This document shows positions 40,802 through 53,372 of a stretch of DNA of 64,000 bases, piece by piece. The translations under genes were made by a program, and so were the position numbers. Every line of letters starts with the position of its first letter. The stretch's first letter is position 1. The notes below the pieces were generated by a model. That model saw only the letters and a list, made by a program, of their open reading frames with translations, was not told the DNA's origin and made no database searches. The DNA is from Saccostrea cucullata (Eukaryota), in NCBI RefSeq assembly GCF_032062105.1, contig NW_026931375.1:124001-188000 (forward strand), in the 5' to 3' direction.

Positions 40802-42520
40802 ATGCTAGAGGATAATGAGAATGATCGTTCTCAAACATTTTCTTCCCCAAAATCTATCAAGCTGCACATCAAATCAGCACCAAAGACGCATCGCTACTGT
40901 ATTGTCCGCAAAAAAGAAGCAAATCATCGCCATCGATTGATACAAGTCACTTCAGACGCCAGGACCCAAGTATTTGTTGAAAAGGGAATTTTCATTTCAC
41001 AGAAAAATCGTTGTTGCAGAAAGCACATGAATGATAAATCCTTCACATCAGCAGCATTGCAAGAACTACAGTCATCACAGGATTTTGAATTCTTTTCACG
41101 CACAGATATACTGGATCTTTTAAATAATCTTAGGCGAAGAATGAAATCAACATCTTCCCATTTGACCTTTGATGTGTCATCTCCGTTGACAGAGGATAAC
41201 TATAAAGATCTAATTGGGTTGACAAAAGAAAACTTCAATGATATGGTTCAGTATTTGTCAACCGTGAGAAATACTGGAAACAGATCAGTCAGGACATGCC
41301 TTAGCATATTTCTTATGAAATTAAGGGTTGGACTGGCGAATAAAATTCTGGCCAGAATATTTGGATTAAAGACAACTCACGTTCAAAGAATTATACATGC
41401 AGTAAGGGGAACGCTCATGGAAACATTTGTTTCGCTTACAGTGGGTTTTCAACATATCAACCATGATGACATGGCCACCAGTCACACCACTCCAATAGCT
41501 CAGAAGTTGTTTACAACCCAGCCAGGCCAAGCTGTTGTAGTCCTTGACGGAACATACATCTTTATTCAGAAGAGTCAAGACTATAATTTCAGAGAATGTC
41601 CTTCAGTATGCACAAGCATAGATCGTTGGTCAAACCCATGGTCATTGTTGGAACAGATGGATATATATTGTCAGTATTAGGACCATACTTTTCAGATAGC
41701 CATAACAATGATGCACTATCACAAACCATGCTATTACAAACAACGTGTAAAACATGGCATCTTGGTTTCAGAAAGATGACGTCTTCCTTGTTGACAGAGG
41801 ATTTAAGGATGCCGTGAAGTTTTTAGAGGACAGTGGTTACATGGTAAAAATGCCCATCTGTCTCCCAAAAGGATCGAAACAACTTTCCACCAAAGATGCC
41901 AATCTTACACGCCTTGTAACAAAATGTCGATGGGTTGTAGAGAGTACAAATGCTAGGATCAAACACTTTCGTTTTTTTGATAAGATTGTTCCCAACAGCA
42001 TGATTTCAAGCATTGGAGACCTTGTAAAAAGTATTTGTGGATTGCTGAACAAATATAAGGGGGCATTGATTCACCAGCCAGAGGATGATGAAGTGGCAAA
42101 GAAGATGCTGGAACGGTCACTTATGGAAAATCCTTTGAAACTGTTTGTGGAAGAAAACAATTTGGCTAGACGAAGATCTGCATATGGAAAACTCGATGGA
42201 GAATCATTACAGGACTTTCTAAGACTATCTCTAGATATTTTGAGATCCATTACCCTTGGAGTCTATCAAATCAAGCAAGCACCAAACTATGCACGTGAGC
42301 ATATATCGGAAGAAGGAAATTTTGATTTGTTGGTCTGCAAAGAGAATGAATCGCTATTGCAGGTTAAGATCCAGTCAAGACATACAAAGGCTGCAGTTCA
42401 CACTCTCTGAATTGACTACTCTTGTGGAGCAGATCTCCCTATTCAAGGCTGGTACTGCGCTTGTAAAGTTGGAGCCAGTGTTTTGTGGTATCTTGAATTG
42501 GCATAGAGAGACACGACAAA
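40802..42520 (+). pseudogene. Frameshifted DDE_Tnp_4-type transposase (PIF/Harbinger-ISL2EU group) with a truncated C-terminal SWIM-like finger
   Basis: HTH-like FLMKLRVGLANKILARIFGL; VLDGTYIFIQK; SMHKHRSLVKPM; NNDA; FLVDRGFKDA; RWVVESTNARIK; GWYCACKVGA. Frameshifts at ~41594 and ~41724, TGA at 42408. Confidence 0.85.
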
Positions 42521-42879
42521 GTTTTGAAACCATCTCGATTGTCCTCTACAACAACAGTCTTCCATTGCAGAGAACATGAAACTTAACATAATTATGTAGA
42601 TGCATGTACCTGGTATAGAAAGAATCTCTCTTGTTTATTGAATATAACCATTCTTGTAACTTAAAATCATTTTTAGAATCTTTCTAGCCATTTTTACATT
42701 AGCCATTTGAGATCAGGTTTTAAAAAACATTTTTTAAATGTGTAAAATTAAAGAGCATCAAAATATAGACACTGTATTTTCATAAGATGAAACTGATTTC
42801 ACTTTTTTCAGGTTTTAAAAAACATTTTTTAAATGTGTAAAATCACTAAAGTAAATTTTTCTGCATCAAAATATATGAG

Positions 42880-43340
42880 CATACACACCTGTGAACTCTA
42901 CATGCTTCCATATAAATATGATGAATTATGGCTTTGTCATTCTGAGAAGAAGATGTATAAGAATTTTCCTATATACAATAGAATGTGAACTTATATCTTA
43001 CATCAACATGCTTCCATATAAATATGATGAATTATGGCTTTGTCATTCTTGAGAAGAAGATTTTTAAAGAATTTTCCTATATACATGTGTATTTGCCTGA
43101 CATGTATGTACATTATCCTGGCACAGTGGTTCTGAGAAGAAGATTTTTAAAATAGCCACAAAACAATCCTAGTAAAAGTACAATCCCTTTCACCCAAGAA
43201 TACTTTGTGGCAAGTTTGGTTGAAATTAGCGGTTCTTGAGAAGAAGTCAAAAAGAAAAGTCAACACTAGACGTAAAAAATTGGAACAGTAACAATTGCAA
43301 CTGCGAATTAAAAGTCATTTGAAACTGTTGTTCAACAGAC
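42880..43340 (+). repeat. Degenerate fragment of the Cg170-like HINE family
   Basis: atgcttccatataaatatga...ttcttgagaagaagatttttaaagaattttcctata and cccttcacccaagaatactttgtggcaagtttggttgaaatt, matching 12844-14407. Confidence 0.65.
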
Positions 43341-45239
43341 TTAATGGATACATATACTCTGGTAAATAGAAGAGTCATAGATATATCTTAAAAATTAATC
43401 AGCAAATAGTTAGAATCAAGCCCACTCTTTCAAAATTTCTGCAGTTAATTGGTTCCCTGTGTTACATGTATAAGACAATTTGAAATAAATTTTATTATTG
43501 GCATAATAAACATTATAACATAGAAAATATTGTCCTTCTCTAAGTGTGGTGTTACGAATCCTCAATAGGTTGCAGCAAACCGCATGTTCAGATAATCAAT
43601 ACTGGATATTTTCTCATATTTCCCTGAACCGTCCAAACACTTTATCATGAGGTCATAGTCGGGATGAAAGAAATATGCCAAAGATTGTCTCCCCTTCTTC
43701 TGTGTGACTTCCTTCTCAGGAATCAGAATACGGTGTTTCTGTTAAAGCATTTATATTTATTGAGAAGGTTCTTAATTATAAATCAGATTTGAAAAAAAAA
43801 ATTAAATTAACGTAATTTTTAACTGTTAAAAATTCCTAGTGTATATATAAGCAAACAAGATGAACTGTGTACGACTGGATCTCAACCCAACGTTAAATGA
43901 TCGAGTGTTGGTAAAGGTACATGGATTGGCAAACCAGGTCCAGGGCAAATTAAAAAGCGGGGCTTTTCGAAATTTTTCAGTTGTCTGCCTTAATATTTTA
44001 TTATTCGAACTATGTTTTTTATATGCTTATATGCTTATTCTTTTCACAAATAAAATAATGTGCTTTCACAAATTTGAAACAACCATACATGTACATGTAT
44101 TTCCGTGCCAAAGCGATTCTGAGTAAAATGATTTTTTTTTAATTCACAATTAATACAATGACTGTTATCGTACTGCATAAAATCTGTTTTATTTAAATTC
44201 TAATGTACTCGGTTTTATTTGTAATAGATTAAATTTTCAAAACTAAATAAGTAATTTGCTGTCATAGTTTTTATTGAGCAGAGAAATGTACGAGAGAGAG
44301 AGAGAGATAGAGAGAGAGAGATAACCCCCTCGATTCTCAGATATCTGTTGTATCAAATAAAAATTCGTATTATTTTTCCTAAATATTCCAAGCAGTAAAG
44401 CTAATCTTTTTTTGAGATTAACATATCCATTTGACCGTAATCATTAGCTTTTATTTTCCATCATCAAGTTCATACAGTTCACAGGAAGTCCGTGCAAGTA
44501 GCGTGCCTGTCCTGTCAATCAAAATAATTCGACACAGTGGAGGTGTGGAAATTGCGTTTCACCGAAAATGCCAAAGGCAAAGAGTCACTTAGTATTCCAA
44601 GAAGTTTTAATATTTTTCCTTATCATTTCTAGATTTGATTTTGGCATTCCAGCAGAAAAAAATAATTGGATTGAGTTTTAAATTGAATTTGAAACATATT
44701 CCCTGCCAGTTTTAAATACTACTGTCGGCACAAGTTTATTCTAAAATACTATTGTTTAATGACTGTTTGATGTTGGTTTGAAGACTGATTTTCTTGTGTT
44801 ACAATACAAATTAAATATTGATTAAAAGGTAAAATTCTGAATTATACTGAATGGCAAACATATATTTAAACATATGTTTAGGTACTGTGAAGGAAGGAAT
44901 TTTCCTTCTCTAATAATAGACTATTTTAAACATTTTGGTCTTTTCTAAAATTTAAAACCACACCATCAATTTAATTAGCTCTAAAGATATTTAATTAACT
45001 GAATATTCGCAGTACTGTTCATAATTCTCAAACCTACATGTAGTTAAAATACGTGTTACTGTAGAAATAATTTTTTTAAATCCTGTAAAAGACTTGGTAC
45101 ATCCATTAATAATTTTAAAATTACAACAAATTGATGCCGTGCGTGAAGCATTTGTACATGCCCTTTTTTTTTTCAAACACGATATCTAAGTTATTTAATT
45201 TAAAAAAACAAAAAGATAAGTCCTTTCACTTCGGAGTTG

Positions 45240-45481
45240 AAGACTGAACGAAAAGTGAACGGTGAACGCAAGGTGAACGCAAAGTAAACGGAACGAAGAG
45301 CGAACGGTGAACGTTTTGTGAACTGTGAACGCGAGCGCACGGTGAACGGTGAACGCAATACTGTGAACGAAGAGCGAACGGTGAACGCACGCTGAACGAA
45401 CGGTGAAAGAACGCTGAACGAACGGTGAACAAACGGTGAGCGAACGGAAAAATGGGAAAGTAGAACGTTTCGGGGACTGTA
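45240..45481 (-). mobile_element. Transposon end with an internal array of TGAACG motifs
   Basis: About 20 tgaacg/ggtgaacg motifs ending in gaacgtttcggggactg-ta (TA-CAGT terminus on the minus strand); second terminus not seen. Confidence 0.5.
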
Positions 45482-46529
45482 TTTTTAAACAAATGTGACA
45501 TTAACCAAATAATCTTTTGATATATTCCGATGTTTTACACGTTCGGTTGAGGTGCTTTTCTTTGTCTATCTAATACCCGGTACTAGTAACAATTAAATAA
45601 TCAAATAAGTGCATTGATATGTAAATCAACCTACGGTTGCAATAAATTTGTCTGTCGTCCATCGCTGAATCAGATCTCCTAGAATGACCAACACCGTACC
45701 ATGCATTGGAGTAGCAGGTATATAATCACGCCCCGTTGGTTTTACCTGAATTTTTATTGGAAAACATTAATAAATTGATGTTGAATCTGTCTACGTCTTT
45801 CAGAAAAAAAATCGCCAAATTTATTAGTGACTAATAATGAGGCTACAGCGACGTTAAAGAAAGCATAAGACAGCGTTGGTTGTATTTTTGCTGCTTTCAT
45901 AGATGCAAAATATTAAATAAATATAGGGGAAGTATTTTAGTTCCTTGTAAGCAAAAATTGTGAGATATTAGTGTGTTGATCACACAGAACTAAAAAAAAC
46001 ATTCTTAATTAAATATATTCCCACTTTTATATAAGAATTAACAGTTTGCTCACCTCTAAACCTCCGATATCATCCTGGAACAGCAGTGTGATGGACCCGT
46101 AGTCTGAATGCTCCCCACAACGCACCTGTCCCGGCTTAACATGTACATCTGAAAGAATAATTCCAACGAGGAGAATTATGTATATATTTTTTTTAATTTC
46201 AAAGAGTTGGCTAAATTATGTTTTAAGAAAAAACAATTTCATTTTTGAGGAATTTTACGGAAAATGTACTTAAAGGCAAAGAATATATATAGGATTGCTT
46301 CCAAAGTAAAATCCACAACCCTTGTTGAAAATCTATTTGGTCAAGACAAAAACTAGAACATTTTATATATTGAAGAGGTATTGAAAGTTATCTAGAATAT
46401 AAACTGGAAAAATATGAAGACCTGATGAAATTGGAATCAGAATCGACAAAATTTTTCATGTGCCCAATTGAAAAGAAACATGTTTGTATGAACACACACG
46501 ACCCTTTATGTTCAAAAACATACCTAAAT

Positions 46530-46988
46530 TACAGGTACTGTGAGCACTGAGCTCACTAAATTATACCCCGCCTTCCATATTATTAAAATGGCGAAATTTA
46601 GGTTTTGCTCGGGGAGACCCGAAATAAGTGTCAGATCAAAAAGTAAAATATGAGGTGCACAATGGCATAATGTAGTAAAAAGTCTGTGAAATATTAAAGT
46701 TTTATTCATTGGTGTAGGAGGAGCTGCGGATAAGAAATGGGTACCCTGCAATATCATAGAAAAAATGGCTGTGTCCATGTTTCGCTGTGGGAAACCCGAA
46801 ATATCTGTCGGATCAAAAAGCACAATGATACTATGTAACAAACAATCTGTGAAATTCTCATAAAATTTAATTCTGTGGTATAAGAGGAATTGCGGGTAAG
46901 AGATGGGTACCCCAAAGCGTAACAGACGGACAGACAGACGGATATCCTGTTCACTATATTCCCACCTACTTTTCAAGCGGGGTATAAT
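46530..46988 (+). mobile_element. HINE-type element (family B)
   Basis: 5' ggtactgtgagcactgagctcactaaa..taccccgcc; acag/acgg microsatellite; 3' hairpin ...ttttcaagcggggtataa. Confidence 0.75.
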
Positions 46989-47105
46989 AATTTCTGCCAT
47001 AATTTGACTCTATCAAAAGAATCAAAGGCTTTTTAGAGTCTTCAATATAACAATATAATCTTTTCTTAGTAGAAAAGTACTTATTTTTAAGCGATTGTAC
47101 AACAA

Positions 47106-48038
47106 CTAGAAGAACTGTGAGCACTGAGCTCATTAAATGATACCCCCGCCTCCCATATGATTAAAATGGCAAAGTAAATGATTTGCTCAGGGAGACTCTA
47201 AATTAGTGTCAGATCAAAAAGTAAAATAGGAGGTGCACGATAGCATTATGTAAAAAAGAATCTGTGAAATACCATCACATTTTATTTAGGGGTATGTGAG
47301 GAGTTGCGGATAATATATGGGTACCCTTCAATATTATTTCAGTCAGTGGTTTAAGAGGAGTTGCCGATAAGAGAGGGGTAACCCAAAGTATAACAGACGG
47401 AAGGGCGTACAGATGGACATACATCCCGATCCCTATATACATTTCCACTTTTCCGTCCATGTCCGTCTAGCTGTCCATCCGTACGTCTGTTACGTTTCGG
47501 GGTTCCCATGTCTTATCCTCAACTCCTCGTACACCACTGATTGAAATTCAATGAATATTTTACAGAATCTTTGTTACACATAATGCCATTGTGCATCTCC
47601 AATTTTACTTTTGGATCGGATTCATATTTTTGGTATACCATAGCAAAACATGGAAACTTCCATTCCTTCTTTTATAATGAAGGGTACTCATCTCTTATCT
47701 ACAACTCCTCTTTTACCACTGAATAAAATTCTATGATATTTCACAGATTCTTTTTAATAATGCCATTGTGCACCTCCGATTTTACTTTTAGATCAGACAC
47801 ATATTTCGGTTTTCCATAGCAAAACATGAACAATGTCATGCTTTCTATTATATTGAAGGGTATCAATCTCTTAGCCGCAATACCTCCTACTATACAACTG
47901 AATGGAGTTTTATAATATTTCACAGATTTTTCTTATTACATAATTCCATTGTGACCATCTGTCTGGATTTTGCCATTATAGTCATATTGGAGGCAGGGGT
48001 ATCATTTAGTGAGCTTAGTGCTCCTAGTTCCTCTTGTT
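47106..48038. mobile_element. Two family-B HINE copies in inverted, tail-to-tail arrangement
   Basis: Starts actagaagaactgtgagcactgagctcattaaatgataccccc and ends with the inverse ggggtatcatttagtgagcttagtgctcctagttcctcttgtt; microsatellites meet at ~47390-47490. Confidence 0.7.
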
Positions 48039-51000
48039 TTGATGGGACAGATTCAGTTTCATTCATAATTTATGGAGAATAATAGGAGTTACTTACTTAC
48101 AAATAAAGTGTTGTGGCAATGAAGCCCCTCCTTTCTTTCTTTCTTTTTTTGATAGGGAAATGTGACATTAATTAATGATTGTTGTTGTTGTCATTGATTT
48201 CCCATTTATTCTAGAAAATATTTTTACTTGCTTCTATCTTTTTTTTTTTTACAAAGCACACTCTATATACTACACTGATGTCCATAAATAACTTACCTGA
48301 ATTTCAATTCTGACTACCATAAAATACACATGGTCTTATGACAACCTTAGAACGTCAAATCTGTTATATATTATAATATAGGAAAAGGGACCTGTAGATC
48401 CGCCATTTCTTTCTCAATGCCTATGATTTTTTTTAAAGATTAGACAAATCACTACCTTCAGTAATAGGTGGATAATACAGGGACCGTAATGTTGTACCTC
48501 TTCCCTTTTTACCCATCTTTTGGTGACATCGCCTGAAAAATGCTTGGTCCTACAAATAATTTCATACAAAGCATTAAAACAACTGTATATTTTTAACTCT
48601 TTACAACTTACAGAATTGCTGTGCAACAAACATTGAATCCTCGCGTCATACAAATATTACTTTACCATTTCCCCGCAAGCACTTTACAGCCGGGTACAAA
48701 AAAGTTTAGCGTAAATAATATTTGAAATAATATTTTAATTAGAAAATAACTTTTCTTATTTTATGAGATTCAAGCAAGTATAAAATATTATGGCATGAAC
48801 TTTTTAAAGTGCAGTGCGTAAAACGGTAAATGCGTGACGTTAGAAAAAGGAAATGGTATATGCGTTAAAATGCGTGACTGCGGGGAAGGGTGTTAAAATA
48901 ATGAAATATTTTTAAAAATCTCATTTTTATTACAACCAAACATAAGATACTACATTGTAATTGCAAACCAATGGACATTAAATCCAGGACTCGACTTCCC
49001 AGTTCTTGTGATAATGTAAACATTTCTTTGAACGCATTGTAGAAGTCTGGGACTATATCCAAAGGCATTGCCTGCAAAGATCATTTGTTATTTACAGATT
49101 TTGATGAACTTTGCACATTTTAAGACCCATAAACGTTACAGATAATGTAATAAATATCTACGACTGCATAAAACTAAAAAGCTGCGCAAAGTCATGCGCA
49201 CTCGAACTAGACAATTCTTCTATTCATTTACTCATTATTACATTTATAAAGGATGTATCTCTGTTCATCCGACATGTTTAACAATTTTACTTACTCCTTT
49301 GTCATCTATCAACGTCATATTATAAGCTTCTTTTAAATCAGCAAAGGTCTCTCTGGGTTCAAACTGAAAGGTCAAAAGCATTTCAAATTAAGCACAAGAA
49401 AAATGAAATTAACTTCCCATTGATATTCTGTTTTTATTAATTTAAATATTTTTCATACTTCTCCCTCTCTAGAGATACCCATCCATGGTTCTCGACTGCT
49501 GGTCTTTTGTATTAATGTTTTATCTCTTCTGGTTTGTCAAAGAAGGCCTTCGAAATTGTAAATGTATTTTCAATCTGTGAAAGACATACCCAAGCATACT
49601 AAAATTACACTTAGCTGTCCAAAGTAAAATAAATCAAGGCAGTAAACATGGCGGATAAATTCAAGATGTGATATTGACATACAAAATAAATAAATAAAAA
49701 TAACCGATATATTTTTTCGATCAGTACATTTTTGCGCCTAAGTAAGAGATATAAATTAAAAACAGAATTTACAGTTAATTTGAGCCGAAATCATCATTAC
49801 GGAGATCCTAAGGAGTATTAGCCCTCCAATCCTCAATACAAAAATCTAACCCTTTCTAAAATAAAATAAATTTTCAATACGCTACTTTTTTACTTTTCTA
49901 ATATTTCTTTCAATCTGATTTAAGGTGTAATATCCCCCTGGTACTAATAAGAGAGATAACTTTCAGAGGAAATTATTCCAATAACAAACACATAAAAAAC
50001 TTACAACACTTTGTGGAAATCCATGATTCTTCAGATAAACAAATCCACTGGTTGTGAACGCGTGACAGATTTCGTCTGCGATGTAACGAAGCTTCTTAGC
50101 GTCGGTTTTCTCTCTGGGACGGACAAGGAGTATGGAGCAAAATCAACCACGGGTAACGACTCCATCTTTCTTCAGCTTTTATCCTTTCAAACTGTAAGAA
50201 GAAAGAATAATTACAAATAATTCATATATTTTTGTACTCGCTCGTTCTTCTTCGTGCTTAGTAACACAAAAAAGATACTTAATTGTTGCATTTATTTACA
50301 GCTCCGTGCACTTTTTAAGCTCACATGGTTTTTTTTATACAAATTAAGGTCACATTTTTGAAATAAAATTAATATTCTCGAATTTAAGTACGATGACATA
50401 GCCCTACATTATATGACATCAAGTATAAATGCCCTTTAAATGTTTTCAAGGGGAATTTAATAATGAATGGTCAGATGTTACTATTATGTGATTATACCAT
50501 AGGTATTTTCAAATAGAAAAAAACTAGTTTTCATTTTAGTTGAAATAGTTAAAATTGCTTCTTAAAGGTGAGTATTTTAAGAAATATTTTGCTCATTTAC
50601 CATACTCTTCTTGGTTTTGTCGAAATGTAGCATCAAAAGAGATACTATTGTAGAAAGAAACCATGCTAATAGGTAGAATAATAAAGTATTGTTGATCTTT
50701 TAAAATACTAAATTCTTTATATTAAAAAAAAATCTTCTACATTTACGGTTTGAAACTTTTAAAATTTTGTAGTGTGATGGATCTTTCATGATTTTAGATT
50801 TTACAAGGTTACTCTGAAAATGCATGCTTTTTTACATACAAAGCAGTCAATTAGATGGAAAATACTTTATATCATTCTGTGCTATATACAAAGCAGTATT
50901 CAAAATCAATGTAGAAAAACATGATTTAATTCATCTTCAGAAGGGTTTCTAATACTCTTATAAATGGCATACGGTGAAGTCAAAAGACGGGATTGTTTTC

Positions 51001-51517
51001 CGTGTGCTATATAGTACGCACAGAGTCATCGCCAGAAATAAAGACACGTGTTAAAAAAAAAAAATAGTTTTTTATAATTAAGAAGCAATAATTGAGTTAT
51101 GTTTATTCATTACTTATAGAACAAATCTGAAGCTTCAATATAGATTCTTAATCACATATTTAGAAGATATTGCATGGCTATTCATAGAATTGAAAAACAT
51201 GATTTAATTAGAATGACAAATACGTCATTTACAAAAAAACAATTGCTGATTGGTCGACCTTGGTGTATGATGTTGGAAAAAAATCTCATGTAGGCCAAGG
51301 GTTTATGAGGAGAGTAGCGTATCAGAAACCCTTGGCTAGCGAAGATGGATTTAATTAGAATGACACAAAAACTGCAGTTCGATGATGTTAATCTCATGTA
51401 GGCCAACATAAGCGTACAACGACACAATTAAGACGACTGCATATAAAACAATTCAAAGCTTCCAATGAAAAAAGAATACTAATCATTTGCGAATGAATTT
51501 TAACGAGTAACAATAAA

Positions 51518-51992
51518 ACTAGAGGTACTGTGAGCAACGAGCTCACTAAATGATACCCTCGCCTCCCATATGATTATAATGACAAAGTCGCTGTTTTGCT
51601 CTTAGAAACCCAAAACATGTATCGGATCAAAACGTAAAATAGGAGGTGCACAATGGCATTATGTAATTAAGAATCTGTGAAATTATCATTAAATTTTATT
51701 CAATGGTATAGGAGGAGTTGTGGATAAGAGATGGGTACCCTTCAATATTATAGAAAAAAAATGGCAGTGTCAAACTTTTGCCCTCTGAAAAACCCAAAAT
51801 ATGTGTCGAATCAAAAAGTAAAATAAGAGGTGCACAATGACATTATATAACAAAGATTCTGTGAAAGTAATTTCATTCAGTGGCAAAAGAGGAATTGCAG
51901 ATAAGAGATAGGTACCCCAAAGCGTAACAGACTGACGTGCAGACGGACGGACATCCCGATTACTTTATACGCTTACGCTTTTCAAGCGGGGA
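51518..51992 (+). mobile_element. HINE-type element (family B)
   Basis: actagaggtactgtgagcaacgagctcactaaatgataccctcgcc ... gacggacgg ... ttttcaagcggggag. Confidence 0.75.
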
Positions 51993-52457
51993 GTTTAGTA
52001 GCAGCATCATGATAATTTATTTATTTATTTACACTGTATTAATGAAAGTAAAATCATAAATGTTGACCATCTTACAGAAAAACATGAATCAATGCAAGAG
52101 GAGACTCACCTTTTCCACATGCAATAGCTGTAACTCCAACCAGGATGTCTGTGGGATGATATACACGAAGTCAGTAAACATCCGTATTGATTGCATCAAA
52201 TAGGTTGTTGTTGTCAAAACATGTCATCTTGTGTTCTTGGTATCTTCAAAAAACATTAATGGATTTACTACCACCTCTCTCTCTCTCTCTCTCTCTCTCT
52301 CCGAACGATGAATATAATAAACATATTTCTCAAATTTAATAAACAGTATTTTAACACTACTGTACATTAAATCCAGAATTCAGCTTTGGCTTCCCAGTTT
52401 CTACAATGTACATGTATAAATAAAAGGAAACTTGAGACTTACAGTTTCCTTAGTCTT

Positions 52458-53372
52458 AACAAGAAATCTGTGAGCCAGTGCTCACTAGTAATACCCCCGC
52501 TCTGATGTGAATAAACTCTATCATGTCAATATACAGAAATTTAATTACGGGCAAATGCACAGAAAAATATGAAGTTGACATCAGATTCATCTCAAAATTA
52601 ATCCCACCATATGGCATGCCTCAACAGAGGGTGTACTAAAATTTCAAGCATCTGCGATGAGTAAATGCTAAGAAAACTGCGACGAAAATTTGATAAGTAT
52701 GAAACGGACAGACGCACAGACAAACAGGAAGTTGACGTCGGATTTGAACAGAAATGTATCCCACCGTATGGCATGCCTCAGAGAAGATTGTGTTAATAAT
52801 TTCAAGCATGTGCGATGAGTAGTTGCTGAGATTGATTGATTGTATACTGTTTAACGTCCCTCTCCAGGATATTTCACTGATATGGAGACGTCACCATCGC
52901 CGGTGAAGGGCTGCAAATTTAGGCCTTTGCTCGGCACTTACGGCCTTTGAGCAGGGAGGGATCTTTATCATGCCACACCTGCTGTGACACGGGGCCTCGG
53001 TTTATACGGTCTCATCCGAAGGACCGCCCCATTTAATCGCCTTTTACGACAAGCAAGGGGGTACTGAGGACCTATTCTAACCCGGATCCCCACGGGGCAG
53101 TAGTTGCTGAGAAAACTGCGTTGCTGAGAAAACTGCGGTGAAAATGTGTTATGTATGAAACGGACAGACGCACAGACAAACAGGAAGTTGACATCAAATT
53201 TCAAAAGAAATGTATCCCACCGTATGGCATGCCTCAGAGAAGATTGAGTTAAAATTTCAAGCATCTGCGATGAGTACCGGGTAGTTGCTGAGAAAACTGC
53301 GACACACGTACAGACAGACAGACACACAAGGGTAAAACAGTATACCCCCCTCTTCTTCGGAGCGGGGGTATA
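52458..53372 (+). mobile_element. HINE-type element (family C, ~158-bp monomers) carrying an inserted SINE
   Basis: 5' aacaagaaatctgtgagccagtgctcactagtaatacccccgc; monomers ...cccaccgtatggcatgcctcagagaag...; acag microsatellite; 3' hairpin tatacccccctcttcttcggagcgggggtata. Confidence 0.8.
52832..53098 (-). mobile_element. Full-length SINE with Deu/Nin-type core and a non-tRNA structured head
   Basis: 14-bp TSD agtagttgctgaga (52818-52831, 53099-53112); (caat)n tail; body homologous to 22120-22372. Confidence 0.9.

Larger units (their letters stand above)
43562..50165 (-). pseudogene. 2-oxoglutarate/Fe(II)-dependent dioxygenase (isopenicillin N synthase-like, DIOX_N + 2OG-FeII_Oxy), pseudogenised paralog
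   Basis: Eight exons collinear with 58497-62700 (approx. 50005-50165, 49459-49573, 49295-49364, ~48958-49071, 48456-48549, 46053-46148, 45635-45745, 43562-43738); HSDYG and RQS retained. 1-nt deletion at ~50105-50115, in-frame TAA at 49512-49514, exon-4 donor altered. Confidence 0.88.

Noticed and set aside
46524-47000. 158-aa ORF and similar short ORFs in HINE arrays (e.g. 14911-15917, 52968-53327)
   Set aside because: They lie wholly within non-coding repeat elements and show no protein motifs
53060-53098. Hammerhead ribozyme on the plus strand (ctgagga motif)
   Set aside because: No correctly placed GAAA and stem II; the structured reading is on the minus strand and is not hammerhead-shaped
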